A stretch of DNA of 24,000 nucleotides from assembly GCF_016055185.1 (NCBI RefSeq), contig NZ_JAECVR010000001.1:112345-136344 (forward strand). The letters are read 5' to 3'. Within the stretch, counting starts at the first letter, position 1; each line of letters starts with the position of its first letter. The DNA comes from Paenactinomyces guangxiensis. Lineage in GTDB: Bacteria > Bacillota > Bacilli > Thermoactinomycetales > Thermoactinomycetaceae. Under the pieces are notes generated by a model. That model was not told the origin of the DNA, searched no databases, and saw only the letters and a program-made list of their open reading frames with translations. This document shows positions 1 to 8,260 of this stretch, piece after piece. A program made the translations under genes and the position numbers.

Positions 1-71
1 ATCAATTTGACTAACTATATCAAATAAATCGTCCACCTTCCGGGCATATTTGCAAATAGATTTGCGGTTGA

Positions 72-111
72 GAAAAAAGGAGTTTTCGGTTAATGCCGAT
101 CTCCTTTTTTC
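72..111. terminator. Intrinsic-terminator-type hairpin, usable on either strand
   Basis: The outer stem GAAAAAAGGAG (72-82) pairs perfectly with CTCCTTTTTTC (101-111). An inner stem TCGG (86-89) pairs with CCGA (96-99). An A-run and T-run flank the stem. A + strand gene may end at about 27 (frame-1 TAA), but that is too short to call. Confidence 0.5.
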
Positions 112-260
112 GTTGGAATCGTTTTACTCACGAATCTTTACAATCAAGTCCTCTACATCCTTTAATAATTGCCCTCTAACCAAATACTTATCAAAAGATT
201 GTTTTTTCAATAGAATCCCGAAGATGGTTAAAGATATTTCTATATCAGGAGATGAAAATT

Positions 261-662
261 ATGTTTCGTGCCATTTTTTTTGATCTGGATGAAACACTGC
301 TGGATCGCAGCCGTTCTTTATTGCGGTTTATCGAGTTTCAGTATAAGGTGTATAAAGCCTCTCTTAAACATATTCCGCTCCATCGGTGGCAGCAGCGTTT
401 TGTTGAGTTGGACGAAAAAGGTTATGTCTGCAAAAAGATTATTTATACCCGATTACTTGAAGAGTTTAAGGTTCAATCTTTTTCCATGCAGGAATTATAC
501 GCTCATTACCTCCACTCATTTGCGCCACACTGTGTTCCCATGAAGGAGATGGAGGAAACGGTTCGATCCCTTCGATCAGCCGGCAAAAAGGTCGGAATAA
601 TCACTAACGGCCTAACAGAGTTCCAAACCCGAAATATCAAACAGTTAGGATTGCTTCCTTAG
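261..662 (+). pseudogene. HAD-superfamily hydrolase (subfamily IA / YjjG-like), 3'-truncated remnant
   Basis: The N-terminus MFRAIFFDLDETLLD carries HAD motif I (DxDxT) and KVGIITNG carries motif II. The ORF stops at QLGLLP*, where full-length relatives continue for about 90 aa through the motif III Lys and motif IV DD. AGGAG at 247-251 sits 9 nt before ATG 261, and the track start at 252 lies too close to this RBS. Confidence 0.6.
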
Positions 663-674
663 CTCCTATCTCTA

Positions 675-691
675 CTCTATCCTGGATAGAG
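675..691 (+). terminator. Short palindrome or weak terminator after the HAD remnant
   Basis: CTCTATCC-T-GGATAGAG is a perfect palindrome, which as RNA gives a 7-bp stem with a 3-nt loop. It is followed by the T-rich CCATTTTCTATTTC. Confidence 0.3.
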
Positions 692-935
692 CCATTTTCT
701 ATTTCAATGAATATTTTGTTCATCTACTTGAAATTATGTAATAAATAGCCACATTTCTATACAAATGTATTATAATTGAATTATGAATTGTTAAAATACA
801 GGAGATGGTTTAATATCTGCTTAGAGTTATTGGAGATCGGTATCTCAAAGTGAAAAGAAGATATTAGGCAATTGGACAAAAATAAATTATATAAAAAATA
901 CCTGAATTAAAAATTTTCGGAAAGGGGCAGTTCCG

Positions 936-1538
936 TTGAAAATCAGGCCCAAATACCGAAAAAAGTACGGGTTGATTCCTTATGCTCTAAATCAATTAGA
1001 GCAGGCAGTGATGCCAAATGCGGCGAATCACCGTGAGTCATATCGATGTCCTGAGTGTAAACGGCCGGTCATGCTCCGGACCAGCAAGCTGAAAAGAAAG
1101 TTTTTTGCGCACCGTGTAAAAAGGTACTGCAAACTGGAGCGCTCCTCCTCTGTACTCGCCAAACACGTTCTTCGCCTCACCTTTGAACAGTGGCTGAAAG
1201 GCAAAGGTGATCCGATTGAAGTCTCTCACTTTTGCCAATCCCGTCAATCCATCCCTCGTGAGGAAATTGCTTATGTGAAGATTAATTCCAGTATGTCATC
1301 CCCGTTGGCAGCAGCCGATCTTGTCCTGTTTGACAACTTTGATGTTCCTTTTAGAGCATTTAGTTTTGACCATCGTAACCGTTCCGTTAGCCCCATTGCC
1401 GTGATGGAGCTTTCCTCGGAAGAAGTCCTTTCCAATCCCTATTTGCTGTCCCCGTTATATCCAAACAGTCAAACTCCTCCTTTTAAAAGTGATTCCGGTC
1501 CTGAACAATTAAGTCTGAGTCTGTTTTCATCAGATTGA
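936..1538 (+). CDS. Hypothetical protein with a CoiA-like N-terminal zinc ribbon (short, probably degenerate)
   Basis: The ORF is 200 aa with a TTG start at 936, preceded by GAAAGGGG about 8 nt upstream. An ATG at 1011 is an alternative start. YRCPECKRPVMLRTSKLKRKFFAHRV resembles the CoiA-family CPxC...HFAH signature. AADLVLFD...RAFSFD resembles the following nuclease-like core, but acidic residues are replaced. It is about half the length of canonical CoiA. Confidence 0.35.
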   Translation: MKIRPKYRKKYGLIPYALNQLEQAVMPNAANHRESYRCPECKRPVMLRTSKLKRKFFAHRVKRYCKLERSSSVLAKHVLRLTFEQWLKGKGDPIEVSHFCQSRQSIPREEIAYVKINSSMSSPLAAADLVLFDNFDVPFRAFSFDHRNRSVSPIAVMELSSEEVLSNPYLLSPLYPNSQTPPFKSDSGPEQLSLSLFSSD

Positions 1539-1635
1539 TTCCAGAACTTTTTATATCCCGCTCCTGTCTATGCAATTTCATCCCTCTGCTATAGAGAATA
1601 GACAAATTAGCCATATACCCCTTAAAACACATCTT

Positions 1636-1965
1636 CTATTCCACTTCAAAGTATAGATCCGCATGAAGTTGGCAACCGGGATTAAACCCGGCTCCGCAAG
1701 CAGGGCATTTGTAGCCGCAGGACAAATACTGGTTGATTGAAAGCTCAGTGTTACAAGCTCCGCACAAAACCGCTTTTTCAGCAAAACGGCTTTTCGGCCA
1801 GGGAATGGCAGAATGTCCGGCTGTTTCCTCATGGCAGGCATGGCACGGATAATACCGGCCGCAACAGGCAAACCTGATGGCGATGATATCCAGGTCGGTG
1901 GCATAGTGAATACAGCGTGTCTGGTTATCAATCGGTTTTCCGTATATAGATATCTTTTTCGTCAT
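1636..1965 (-). CDS. CHY-type zinc-finger protein
   Basis: The 109-aa product is rich in Cys and His. It contains RCIHY...CCGRYYPCHACHEE...CGACNTE...CPACGAGFNPGC, typical of the zf-CHY family. GAGGAA lies just upstream of the ATG. Confidence 0.7.
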   Translation of the reverse strand: MTKKISIYGKPIDNQTRCIHYATDLDIIAIRFACCGRYYPCHACHEETAGHSAIPWPKSRFAEKAVLCGACNTELSINQYLSCGYKCPACGAGFNPGCQLHADLYFEVE

Positions 1966-2025
1966 GGATTCCTCTGCTCCCTTGAATATGCAGTTTTGGA
2001 TTTTATCGTTTCCCCCTGTCTCTTC

Positions 2026-2031
2026 ATTGTA
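2026..2031 (-). promoter_or_regulatory. Candidate extended -10 promoter for the CHY zinc-finger gene
   Basis: The minus strand reads TTTGGTACAATG, which is TGgTACAAT, about 60 nt upstream of the ATG at 1965. No convincing -35 element is present. Confidence 0.35.
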
Positions 2032-2054
2032 CCAAACGAAAGATAGGGCATCAG

Positions 2055-2107
2055 GAATAAAACCCGCATTCGGGTTGAGATTTAAACGCTCATCCCCATG
2101 CGGGTTT
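2055..2107 (-). terminator. Intrinsic terminator closing the yhf operon
   Basis: The minus RNA reads AACCCGCAU...AACCCGAAUGCGGGUUUUAUUCC. Either a 9-bp stem (2061-2069 with 2098-2106) or a local 6-bp stem (AACCCG/CGGGTT, 2061-2076) ends in the same U-run. It starts 8 nt after the yhfW stop at 2115. Confidence 0.6.
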
Positions 2108-2114
2108 TACGGAT

Positions 2115-3311
2115 CTAACGTTGTAAATAAATTTCTCGTAAAAAGCTGGTTCCCGATTCCGTCGGAGGCAATCCAAAAAGCTGGCTCAACGTGGCTCCGA
2201 TATCGGCCATGGTTGTCCGAGTTCCGATTGGGCCTGGTTTTACTCCGGGACCTGTGACCAGAATAGGGGTGTATTCACGCGTGTGGCGGGAGTGGCCGAT
2301 GGTGGGATCATTCCCGTGATCTGCGGTGATGATCAGCAAATCATCCCCCTGTAACCGGCGCAGAAAACGGCCAAGCCACTCGTCCACTTGCTGTAACAGG
2401 GAAGCATACCACTCGGGATTTTCCTGATGCCCGGCTAAATCTGTTTCCTGAACAGTAACTAAAAAGGCGGCATCCCCTTTTTCAGTCGTGTATAACTGTT
2501 CTAATGCTTCCAATACCTGCTTTGTTTCTACATGTGGTAGAGCAACTCCCTCTCCATAGAGTACATCAGCGGTCTTTCCAATCCGGTATACAGGTACTCC
2601 GCTTTGCTCGGCCAAATAGGGAAACTGCTGTTCAATCCGTACTCCGTACCCTAAATGGCGAACCTGGTATCCCTCTCCGTACACCTTTGCCCGCGGACTA
2701 TCCACCCCCCACTGACCGGGATGGTGTTCCCGCACGACAGAGAGGATCTGTTCGATTGATGTATAAGGTCCGCCCAGGGCAATCACCCGGCTCACATCGA
2801 CCGTTTCACGCACCCGGCTCGCAATTTTTAACGTATCCGCAAATGAAATCCGTGAAAGATCTGCCGTTACATTGATAATATTCCCTTTGTCGCTTTCAAT
2901 GTTGTCGGCCACCACGACGGCATCTTCCACCAGCAGAATGGGACGGTGATCCCAGGGAACGGTTACTTTGCAGCCCGCTTCTTGCAAGGCGGAGGCAATG
3001 GATTCCCCCACCTCCCTCATCAACCGGCGTACCGGTTTTAACGGGCGGCTTCCCATCAGTTCCTGATGGCCCATATATGTATCCGCACCAAAATGGGCCA
3101 AAGCAGCCCTTCCGAATGCGCCCCGCGCTAGTCCCGTCCCGTCGACAAGCTGATTTAAACCCAGATGGTACAGAGTGGGAAGCGTGAGACCCGTCACCTC
3201 GCGGATATGAAGATAGGTATGGGCATTTACATCCTGAGGCCTCTCTTCTTCACAATCTTCCATCGCTCCAATGCCGAAACTGTCCAATACCAACAAGATC
3301 GCTTTAGGCAT
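2115..3311 (-). CDS. yhfW: YhfW-like phosphopentomutase-family metalloenzyme (putative phosphomutase)
   Basis: The product is 398 aa from ATG 3311, with GGAGAGG 8 nt upstream overlapping the yhfX stop. The track extension to 3434 overlaps yhfX and is not used. Motifs are LVLDSFGIG, GADTYMGHQE and ITADHGNDPT...HTREYTPILV, as in DeoB and E. coli YhfW. Confidence 0.85.
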   Translation of the reverse strand: MPKAILLVLDSFGIGAMEDCEEERPQDVNAHTYLHIREVTGLTLPTLYHLGLNQLVDGTGLARGAFGRAALAHFGADTYMGHQELMGSRPLKPVRRLMREVGESIASALQEAGCKVTVPWDHRPILLVEDAVVVADNIESDKGNIINVTADLSRISFADTLKIASRVRETVDVSRVIALGGPYTSIEQILSVVREHHPGQWGVDSPRAKVYGEGYQVRHLGYGVRIEQQFPYLAEQSGVPVYRIGKTADVLYGEGVALPHVETKQVLEALEQLYTTEKGDAAFLVTVQETDLAGHQENPEWYASLLQQVDEWLGRFLRRLQGDDLLIITADHGNDPTIGHSRHTREYTPILVTGPGVKPGPIGTRTTMADIGATLSQLFGLPPTESGTSFLREIYLQR

Positions 3312-3315
3312 TTTT

Positions 3316-4473
3316 CTATCCTCTCCAGTAAAAGTGAACCACTTCAGGTTTCCCTTGCCGGATGCCGCAAACCAGGGCGACATGCGACCGGGTGACAAAT
3401 ATTTGCGTACGGAAGGAGAAAATGGCTGTATCACCGGGGTGAATCTGCTCTATCGCCGATAATGCACCATAATAGTCAATATACTCAGCAGCGAGCGGAG
3501 AAGCAGGCACTTTCCGGCTAAGGATATCCGAAGATTTGGAACCCACAAATGCACCTGTCATCCGGGAGCGTCCGTAAAAACCCCCGCCAATGACATATGT
3601 ATGTGCGTCATCTTGATGTGAAACTTCAGTCACATAAATGATCGCCGGTATTTCCGGCAGATCTTCCCGCACTGCATGAAGAGGGGTTGTACCTGTCAGC
3701 GCATGACCCGGTTCACCATGAGTGACTCCGGCAGCCTTCAGTTCGGGGATGGTCAAACAGCAGGTGCCCCCCGGGCCATTGATCTGTTCAACTTTCACCC
3801 CTGCACCCTCCAGAATCAGACGGGCCGCTTTCAAAGTCTCCAAATTGGCCGTAAATTGATATTGGTCTCTGCCAGGGTCCATCTGCAGAACGGGAAAAGA
3901 AGTGACACCGGCGATTTTAATGCCTCCCAGCCATAACAGTTCAGGAATCATTCCGGGCAATTCCTGCAACGAAAATCCGCCCTGCTGCCCCGGGTAAATC
4001 TCATCTCCCTTTTTGATCACACGGAGCAAAACAGGTTGCCTCAACCCCATCTTTTCAGCTTGCCGGGACAGCTGCCGGGCACGTTCCAGGCTAAACAGAG
4101 TCACCACTTCAGGTTTGAGACTTAAAACCTCGTTCCATTCATTTTTTCCCGGTTGCACAAGATGTCCGACATGACCGAGCTGCACTCCGGCCCGATGCAA
4201 TATACGCGCTTCATCCATATCCACCGCCACTGCCTGTGGAATCCCCTGTTGTGAAATCCACTGGCAAAGGGGAGGAACCCGCCCAAACTGTTTGCTGATA
4301 AAATAAAGAGTCAGTTGAGCCTCTCTGGCGGCTGCGGCCAGCTTTGTCGTATTTTCCAGCACAGCATCCACATCAATTAAGTACGTGTTGGGAGGAATCA
4401 CCCCCTCCTGGTGAAGCTGAACTCCGGCTTGAATCAACCCCGGGTTGCGCCGGGACATCATATCAAGAAACAT
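3316..4473 (-). CDS. yhfX: YhfX-like fold-type III PLP enzyme (alanine-racemase-N-like)
   Basis: The 385-aa product is collinear with E. coli YhfX as I recall it. Matching segments are MFLDMMSRRNPGLIQAG..., TKQFGR-like ISKQFGRVP, GHLVQPG, GVTHGEPGHALTGT and FRTQIFVTRSHVALV. AGGAGGGG lies 4 nt before the ATG. Confidence 0.85.
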   Translation of the reverse strand: MFLDMMSRRNPGLIQAGVQLHQEGVIPPNTYLIDVDAVLENTTKLAAAAREAQLTLYFISKQFGRVPPLCQWISQQGIPQAVAVDMDEARILHRAGVQLGHVGHLVQPGKNEWNEVLSLKPEVVTLFSLERARQLSRQAEKMGLRQPVLLRVIKKGDEIYPGQQGGFSLQELPGMIPELLWLGGIKIAGVTSFPVLQMDPGRDQYQFTANLETLKAARLILEGAGVKVEQINGPGGTCCLTIPELKAAGVTHGEPGHALTGTTPLHAVREDLPEIPAIIYVTEVSHQDDAHTYVIGGGFYGRSRMTGAFVGSKSSDILSRKVPASPLAAEYIDYYGALSAIEQIHPGDTAIFSFRTQIFVTRSHVALVCGIRQGKPEVVHFYWRG

Positions 4474-4497
4474 GAGACCCCTCCTGTAAGTCCCCGG

Positions 4498-5634
4498 CTA
4501 TTTTTGTTTCCCGGTCCGCTGTACCTTCTCAATGGCCTGCTGCAAAATGCGAATCACGGTGTCGGCTCCCGACTTCATCGGGTTTATTCTTAACCCGCAG
4601 TCGGCCAATTCCGGCCTTGCTTCCAAAAAACTGCCGGATACGCGGTAGATCATGGGCAAGATTTCATATCTTGACTCGGCTCCCACCGGATAGACTGCGG
4701 CTCCAAGCGATTCACTGGCAGCAATCACTTCTCCCGCTATCGGCTCTTCCAATTCAACATTTACATTTTTGGATTGTGCATTGGTAATATAAGCCAGTCG
4801 TATGCCAGGTACTTCTCCTTCGTTTAATCTCCGGCACAACTCTTCCACCTGTTCCCCCTGCACAGCCAGGGAGACCGGAGCGAAAACGATCGAGCGCAAC
4901 AATTCCATCGCTTCCCATCCCTGAACTTGCCCGCCCCCCGAATAATTGATCCGATGTACTCCCTCAATGGCTTCCTGATGTCCGACGATCACTCCGATCC
5001 CTTCGGGGCCCAGCAGTTTAAATCCGGAAAATGCAGAGTAGTCCGCCCCCGCCTGCACTCCTGTCCGTGCTACTTTTAGCGCACAATAATTATCATCCAC
5101 CACAATGATACAATCATGGCGTACAGTACGCACACAGCTGATGAGCCGGTCCAGCTGGTACGTATCCTGAGGTTGCTGCCTGGCATGTTGAATATAAAAG
5201 AGACGGCATTCCGGATGTTGTTCAACCACTTTTTCCACTTCTGCCAGATCATTATAATCAGTAAAGATCGGCTGTAGATGGAGCATACGAATGATTTCTT
5301 TTGTTGTGGTATAAACAGGGGCCTGGTGCATAAACAGGGATTCTCCCGGTGAAAGCAACCAGCTCAACAGCGAGCGAATCGCTCCTGTTCCCGCCCCGCG
5401 TACCAGTGCAGCCGCTTCTGCTCCAAAAAACTCGGCCAACACCTGCTCTACTTTCGCCGTTGCGCGCGGTCGTTGAAAGTCGGGGTGAAGGCCGACATCA
5501 CCCTGCTGGTACCACTCTTCGCCGGAAAAGTGGCGTGAAATCGTATCAACCAACTGAAACTGAAGCCTCTTCGCTTCTTCCACTGTTAACGTGGAGAGAA
5601 CCCCCCCGGCATACGGCAATGATTCCAGATTCAT
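4498..5634 (-). CDS. yhfS: YhfS-like fold-type I PLP-dependent enzyme (aminotransferase/lyase-like)
   Basis: The 378-aa product contains GAGTGAIRSLL, a DDNYCALKVAR segment and the putative PLP-lysine motif SGFKLLGPEGIG. These match E. coli YhfS (SCFKLFGPEGVG) from memory. Its ATG overlaps the php stop by 4 nt (ATGA). Confidence 0.8.
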   Translation of the reverse strand: MNLESLPYAGGVLSTLTVEEAKRLQFQLVDTISRHFSGEEWYQQGDVGLHPDFQRPRATAKVEQVLAEFFGAEAAALVRGAGTGAIRSLLSWLLSPGESLFMHQAPVYTTTKEIIRMLHLQPIFTDYNDLAEVEKVVEQHPECRLFYIQHARQQPQDTYQLDRLISCVRTVRHDCIIVVDDNYCALKVARTGVQAGADYSAFSGFKLLGPEGIGVIVGHQEAIEGVHRINYSGGGQVQGWEAMELLRSIVFAPVSLAVQGEQVEELCRRLNEGEVPGIRLAYITNAQSKNVNVELEEPIAGEVIAASESLGAAVYPVGAESRYEILPMIYRVSGSFLEARPELADCGLRINPMKSGADTVIRILQQAIEKVQRTGKQK

Positions 5635-6563
5635 GTCAAGCTCACTTCCTTTTGAGCAAAAGCACTGGCAGGATTATCAATCAGCATTTGCCTGATCTGT
5701 TCCGCGGTGAACCCGGCTTGATTCAACATGGGGACAAACTCACGCAAAACCACATCATAACCGGGGCCGCCATTGCTGAAAAAATGTGATTTCCGCGTCA
5801 AGTCGGCGGAGAGAAGAACTTGCCCGCCATATCCTCTCTCCCATAGATCCAGCAGCATGGCCACCCGTTCCCGGTCCGGGAGATAATTGTTTTTCCCAAT
5901 CGTATCAAAGGCCACATAAGCCCCCGCTTCCACAACCCCGAATACCGCCTGTCGATCCTGATTAAGATCCTGATGCCCGATGATTAACTGATCCATGGGC
6001 AGACCGATCCGGCTGAAAAGTTCGATTTGCTGTAATGCCATCGTCCCGAGAGTAGTGTGGGTAGTGACGGGCAGACCTGTCATCATCCCTGCCAATCCGG
6101 CTCCTTCAAGCAAACATTGTTCTCTGGCGGTTATTTCATTCAAACTGCTGCCCACTTCACCGATCACTCCCGGAAAAATCCCCGTCCCGTCGATTCCCTC
6201 CCGAATCTCTTTCACCATAAACTCAGCAAATTGCTCACGATCCCAGTCTTTGATCTCCTCCGGCAAGTAGGGATCTTTATAACAGCCGGTACTGGCGATG
6301 ATCTGTAAACCTGTTCGGAGACTTAACTCCCGCAGATAAAGGACATCTCTTCCCATTCCAACATTGGTTACTTCAATGATGGAACGTCCGCCCGCCCGGG
6401 CAAAGCGCTGCAATTCCAACACCATCGCTTTTCGGTCGTCCAATCGGGTATCCGGGTCTTGTTTCACATGAGACAAGTCAATACAGCAATGTTCATGAAC
6501 CGCACAAATTCCTAATTGGCTTGCTTCAATCGTGCCTGTTACTGTTTGAATCATGGCAACCAT
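5631..6563 (-). CDS. php: Phosphotriesterase-homology protein Php (amidohydrolase superfamily, binuclear metal)
   Basis: Predicted metal ligands are HEH in CAVHEHCCIDLS, Glu in VIGEVGSS, His in VTTHTT, His in IIGHQD and Asp in LLSADL. The tail DTIGKNNYLPDRERVAMLL...RKSHFFSNGGPGYD closely parallels E. coli Php. ATG 6554 (MIQTV...) has better RBS spacing (GAAGGA 8 nt upstream) than ATG 6563. Confidence 0.9.
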   Translation of the reverse strand: MVAMIQTVTGTIEASQLGICAVHEHCCIDLSHVKQDPDTRLDDRKAMVLELQRFARAGGRSIIEVTNVGMGRDVLYLRELSLRTGLQIIASTGCYKDPYLPEEIKDWDREQFAEFMVKEIREGIDGTGIFPGVIGEVGSSLNEITAREQCLLEGAGLAGMMTGLPVTTHTTLGTMALQQIELFSRIGLPMDQLIIGHQDLNQDRQAVFGVVEAGAYVAFDTIGKNNYLPDRERVAMLLDLWERGYGGQVLLSADLTRKSHFFSNGGPGYDVVLREFVPMLNQAGFTAEQIRQMLIDNPASAFAQKEVSLT

Positions 6564-6572
6564 CCTTCATTG

Positions 6573-7883
6573 CTATTTCATCAAGGGCGGTGACATTAGT
6601 CCTGAAGCCACTAACAAGTTAGCGATAATACCTGTGACAATCGCACCAATCGGCCCGATCGCCATACGCACCACGGGCCGTCCGGCCGCCTCGTTGAGTA
6701 CATAAAATCCCCCGATCAAGAAGTACCCCAACCCCGGTGCCATCATATTGGCCGCATTTGCCCCTCCGATCAGCAGTGCTACTTCAAGAAGACGGGTCAT
6801 TGCGGTACGAATGTTCTCACCGGCTTCCCGCACACCCGGGTAGCGGTCCAGAAAGCGGGATACACTGCTTAACAGAAAAACTTCAATAAAGATGATTACA
6901 CACCCGAGAATACCTGCCAGCCACGGGTTGGGCGCAAGCAAGCCAGCCACAAAAATAAAGGTAAATCCAACCGGGCTGTAGACTCCGGTAGCAATTGCCG
7001 TACTGGCGATGAGAGGGATAAATCCAACGGCTCGTGCTGCAGCCGCAAGCGCGGCATCGGTCCGGTTACCTTCAGACAACAACTGTAAGGAAATGGGGTC
7101 TCCCGCCAATACCAACAGGTTGGCCGCAGCGGCAATCACTCCCCCCATCATCATGAAGAAAACAACTTGTTTGCGAATCCGATTCACTCTTTCGCTGAAA
7201 ATCGCGGCCAGATCCACCGGGGAGCTTCCATCCGTTTCAGGCTTTTTCTGGCGTATCGCAAAAATGATAAGAAAGATCATGCCTGTGATCAGAGCAACCC
7301 CTTCTTGATTCAATGTGACGGTTGATTGCCCGAACGTTAACAATTTTTGCTCATTGCACCACACAGCCAGCTGTCGGGCCAGAGCAGAGACGGCAAAGGT
7401 AACAATCCCTTTCTTGATGCTGAATTGCAAAGCGACGGCAAGAGCGGGGAAAGCCATAAAACCGACCACAACAGGTGCCCCGACTTGCTCCAGCGGTTTC
7501 AGCACATCAACCGGCAACATTTTGAATATATTTACAATACTGTCTAAACCGGCGGACAAACCCGCTCCATAAATCCCTCCGACTACGGCTGCTCCCGCAT
7601 TTCCCCAGCGATTGGAAGGAAGCGATAAGCCGATCATATCAGTTCCCAATAAAATACTGTGGATTAACAAAATTTTTGCGGTGAGGGAAAAGGGAATCCC
7701 AAATCCGATCACTAACCCGAAGCTCATGGCAAAGGAGGTGAGTGCCAGAGTACGCCGGTCCATTCTCCCCTCAATATTTTCCGGCAGGATGGGGCGAAGA
7801 CCATCATTAAATACAGCGATATTCCGGTTAGCCAGAAGCGCAGCCATCGCTCCGACCAGTGTGGCGAGAATCAGTTCTGTCAT
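6573..7883 (-). CDS. yhfT: YhfT-like polytopic membrane protein (putative transporter)
   Basis: The 436-aa product is hydrophobic throughout, with about 11-12 predicted TM segments. The N-terminus LANRNIAVFNDGLRPILPENIEGRMDRR parallels E. coli YhfT (AVFHDGIRPILPQLIEGYMNRR). Its ATG shares one base with the yhfU stop (TGATG). Confidence 0.85.
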   Translation of the reverse strand: MTELILATLVGAMAALLANRNIAVFNDGLRPILPENIEGRMDRRTLALTSFAMSFGLVIGFGIPFSLTAKILLIHSILLGTDMIGLSLPSNRWGNAGAAVVGGIYGAGLSAGLDSIVNIFKMLPVDVLKPLEQVGAPVVVGFMAFPALAVALQFSIKKGIVTFAVSALARQLAVWCNEQKLLTFGQSTVTLNQEGVALITGMIFLIIFAIRQKKPETDGSSPVDLAAIFSERVNRIRKQVVFFMMMGGVIAAAANLLVLAGDPISLQLLSEGNRTDAALAAAARAVGFIPLIASTAIATGVYSPVGFTFIFVAGLLAPNPWLAGILGCVIIFIEVFLLSSVSRFLDRYPGVREAGENIRTAMTRLLEVALLIGGANAANMMAPGLGYFLIGGFYVLNEAAGRPVVRMAIGPIGAIVTGIIANLLVASGLMSPPLMK

Positions 7884-8260
7884 CAGCCCGCCACTCCTTT
7901 TTGAAACTCTTGAATGGCCCGCATGATCATGGACACGGCCATCTCTTTGTGATCAGCGGTAAAGCCGAATGCTTTCTTCCCTGCCTGTACAGCTTCCCTG
8001 ATTTTCTGTTCAGTTGGCTGTCTTCCCGGCATGGAAACCGTCTCACATTGAGACGCACCCAGGATCGCAATCGCCATCGCCAGGGCTCCCCCGCCGCCCG
8101 TATGACAGGCGCCCAGATAGTAATCCCCCGTCCCTGTTTTCAAAGCCAGCGCAGCTTCGAGATCGGAACGGATCTCTGTGATGACTCCTTCGGGACCGTA
8201 CTTTTGCACCAATGCCTCCACTTCTTTTTTGTCAACCTGTCCGCCGATGATTATTTTCAT
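7883..8260 (-). CDS. yhfU: YhfU-like DUF2620 protein
   Basis: In this 125-aa product, GDYYLGACHTGGGGALAMAIAILG matches the E. coli YhfU core DYYIGACNTGAGAALSIAIAVIG. Its ATG shares one base with the yhfY stop (TAATG). Confidence 0.85.
   Translation of the reverse strand: MKIIIGGQVDKKEVEALVQKYGPEGVITEIRSDLEAALALKTGTGDYYLGACHTGGGGALAMAIAILGASQCETVSMPGRQPTEQKIREAVQAGKKAFGFTADHKEMAVSMIMRAIQEFQKGVAG

Noticed and set aside
50-283. A 77-aa plus-strand ORF at the window start.
   Set aside because: It spans the terminator hairpin (72-111) and the HAD promoter and RBS region. It has no RBS and its sequence is low-complexity.
1578-1931. A 117-aa minus-strand ORF overlapping the CHY zinc-finger gene in another frame.
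   Set aside because: The CHY frame has a clear Cys/His motif pattern and an RBS. The alternative frame has neither.
3312-3434. The N-terminal 41-codon extension of the yhfW ORF in the six-frame track.
   Set aside because: The extension overlaps the 3' end of yhfX. It has no RBS, and family homology begins at MPKAILLVLDSFGIG (ATG 3311), which has a well-placed GGAGAGG.
5349-5789. A 146-aa plus-strand ORF, plus similar antisense ORFs at 2504-2875, 3676-3936, 5995-6308, 7009-7926 and 22394-23040.
   Set aside because: They lie antisense to yhf or thi genes that have strong family signatures. Their P/R/S-rich composition is typical of reverse-frame translation of GC-richer genes.
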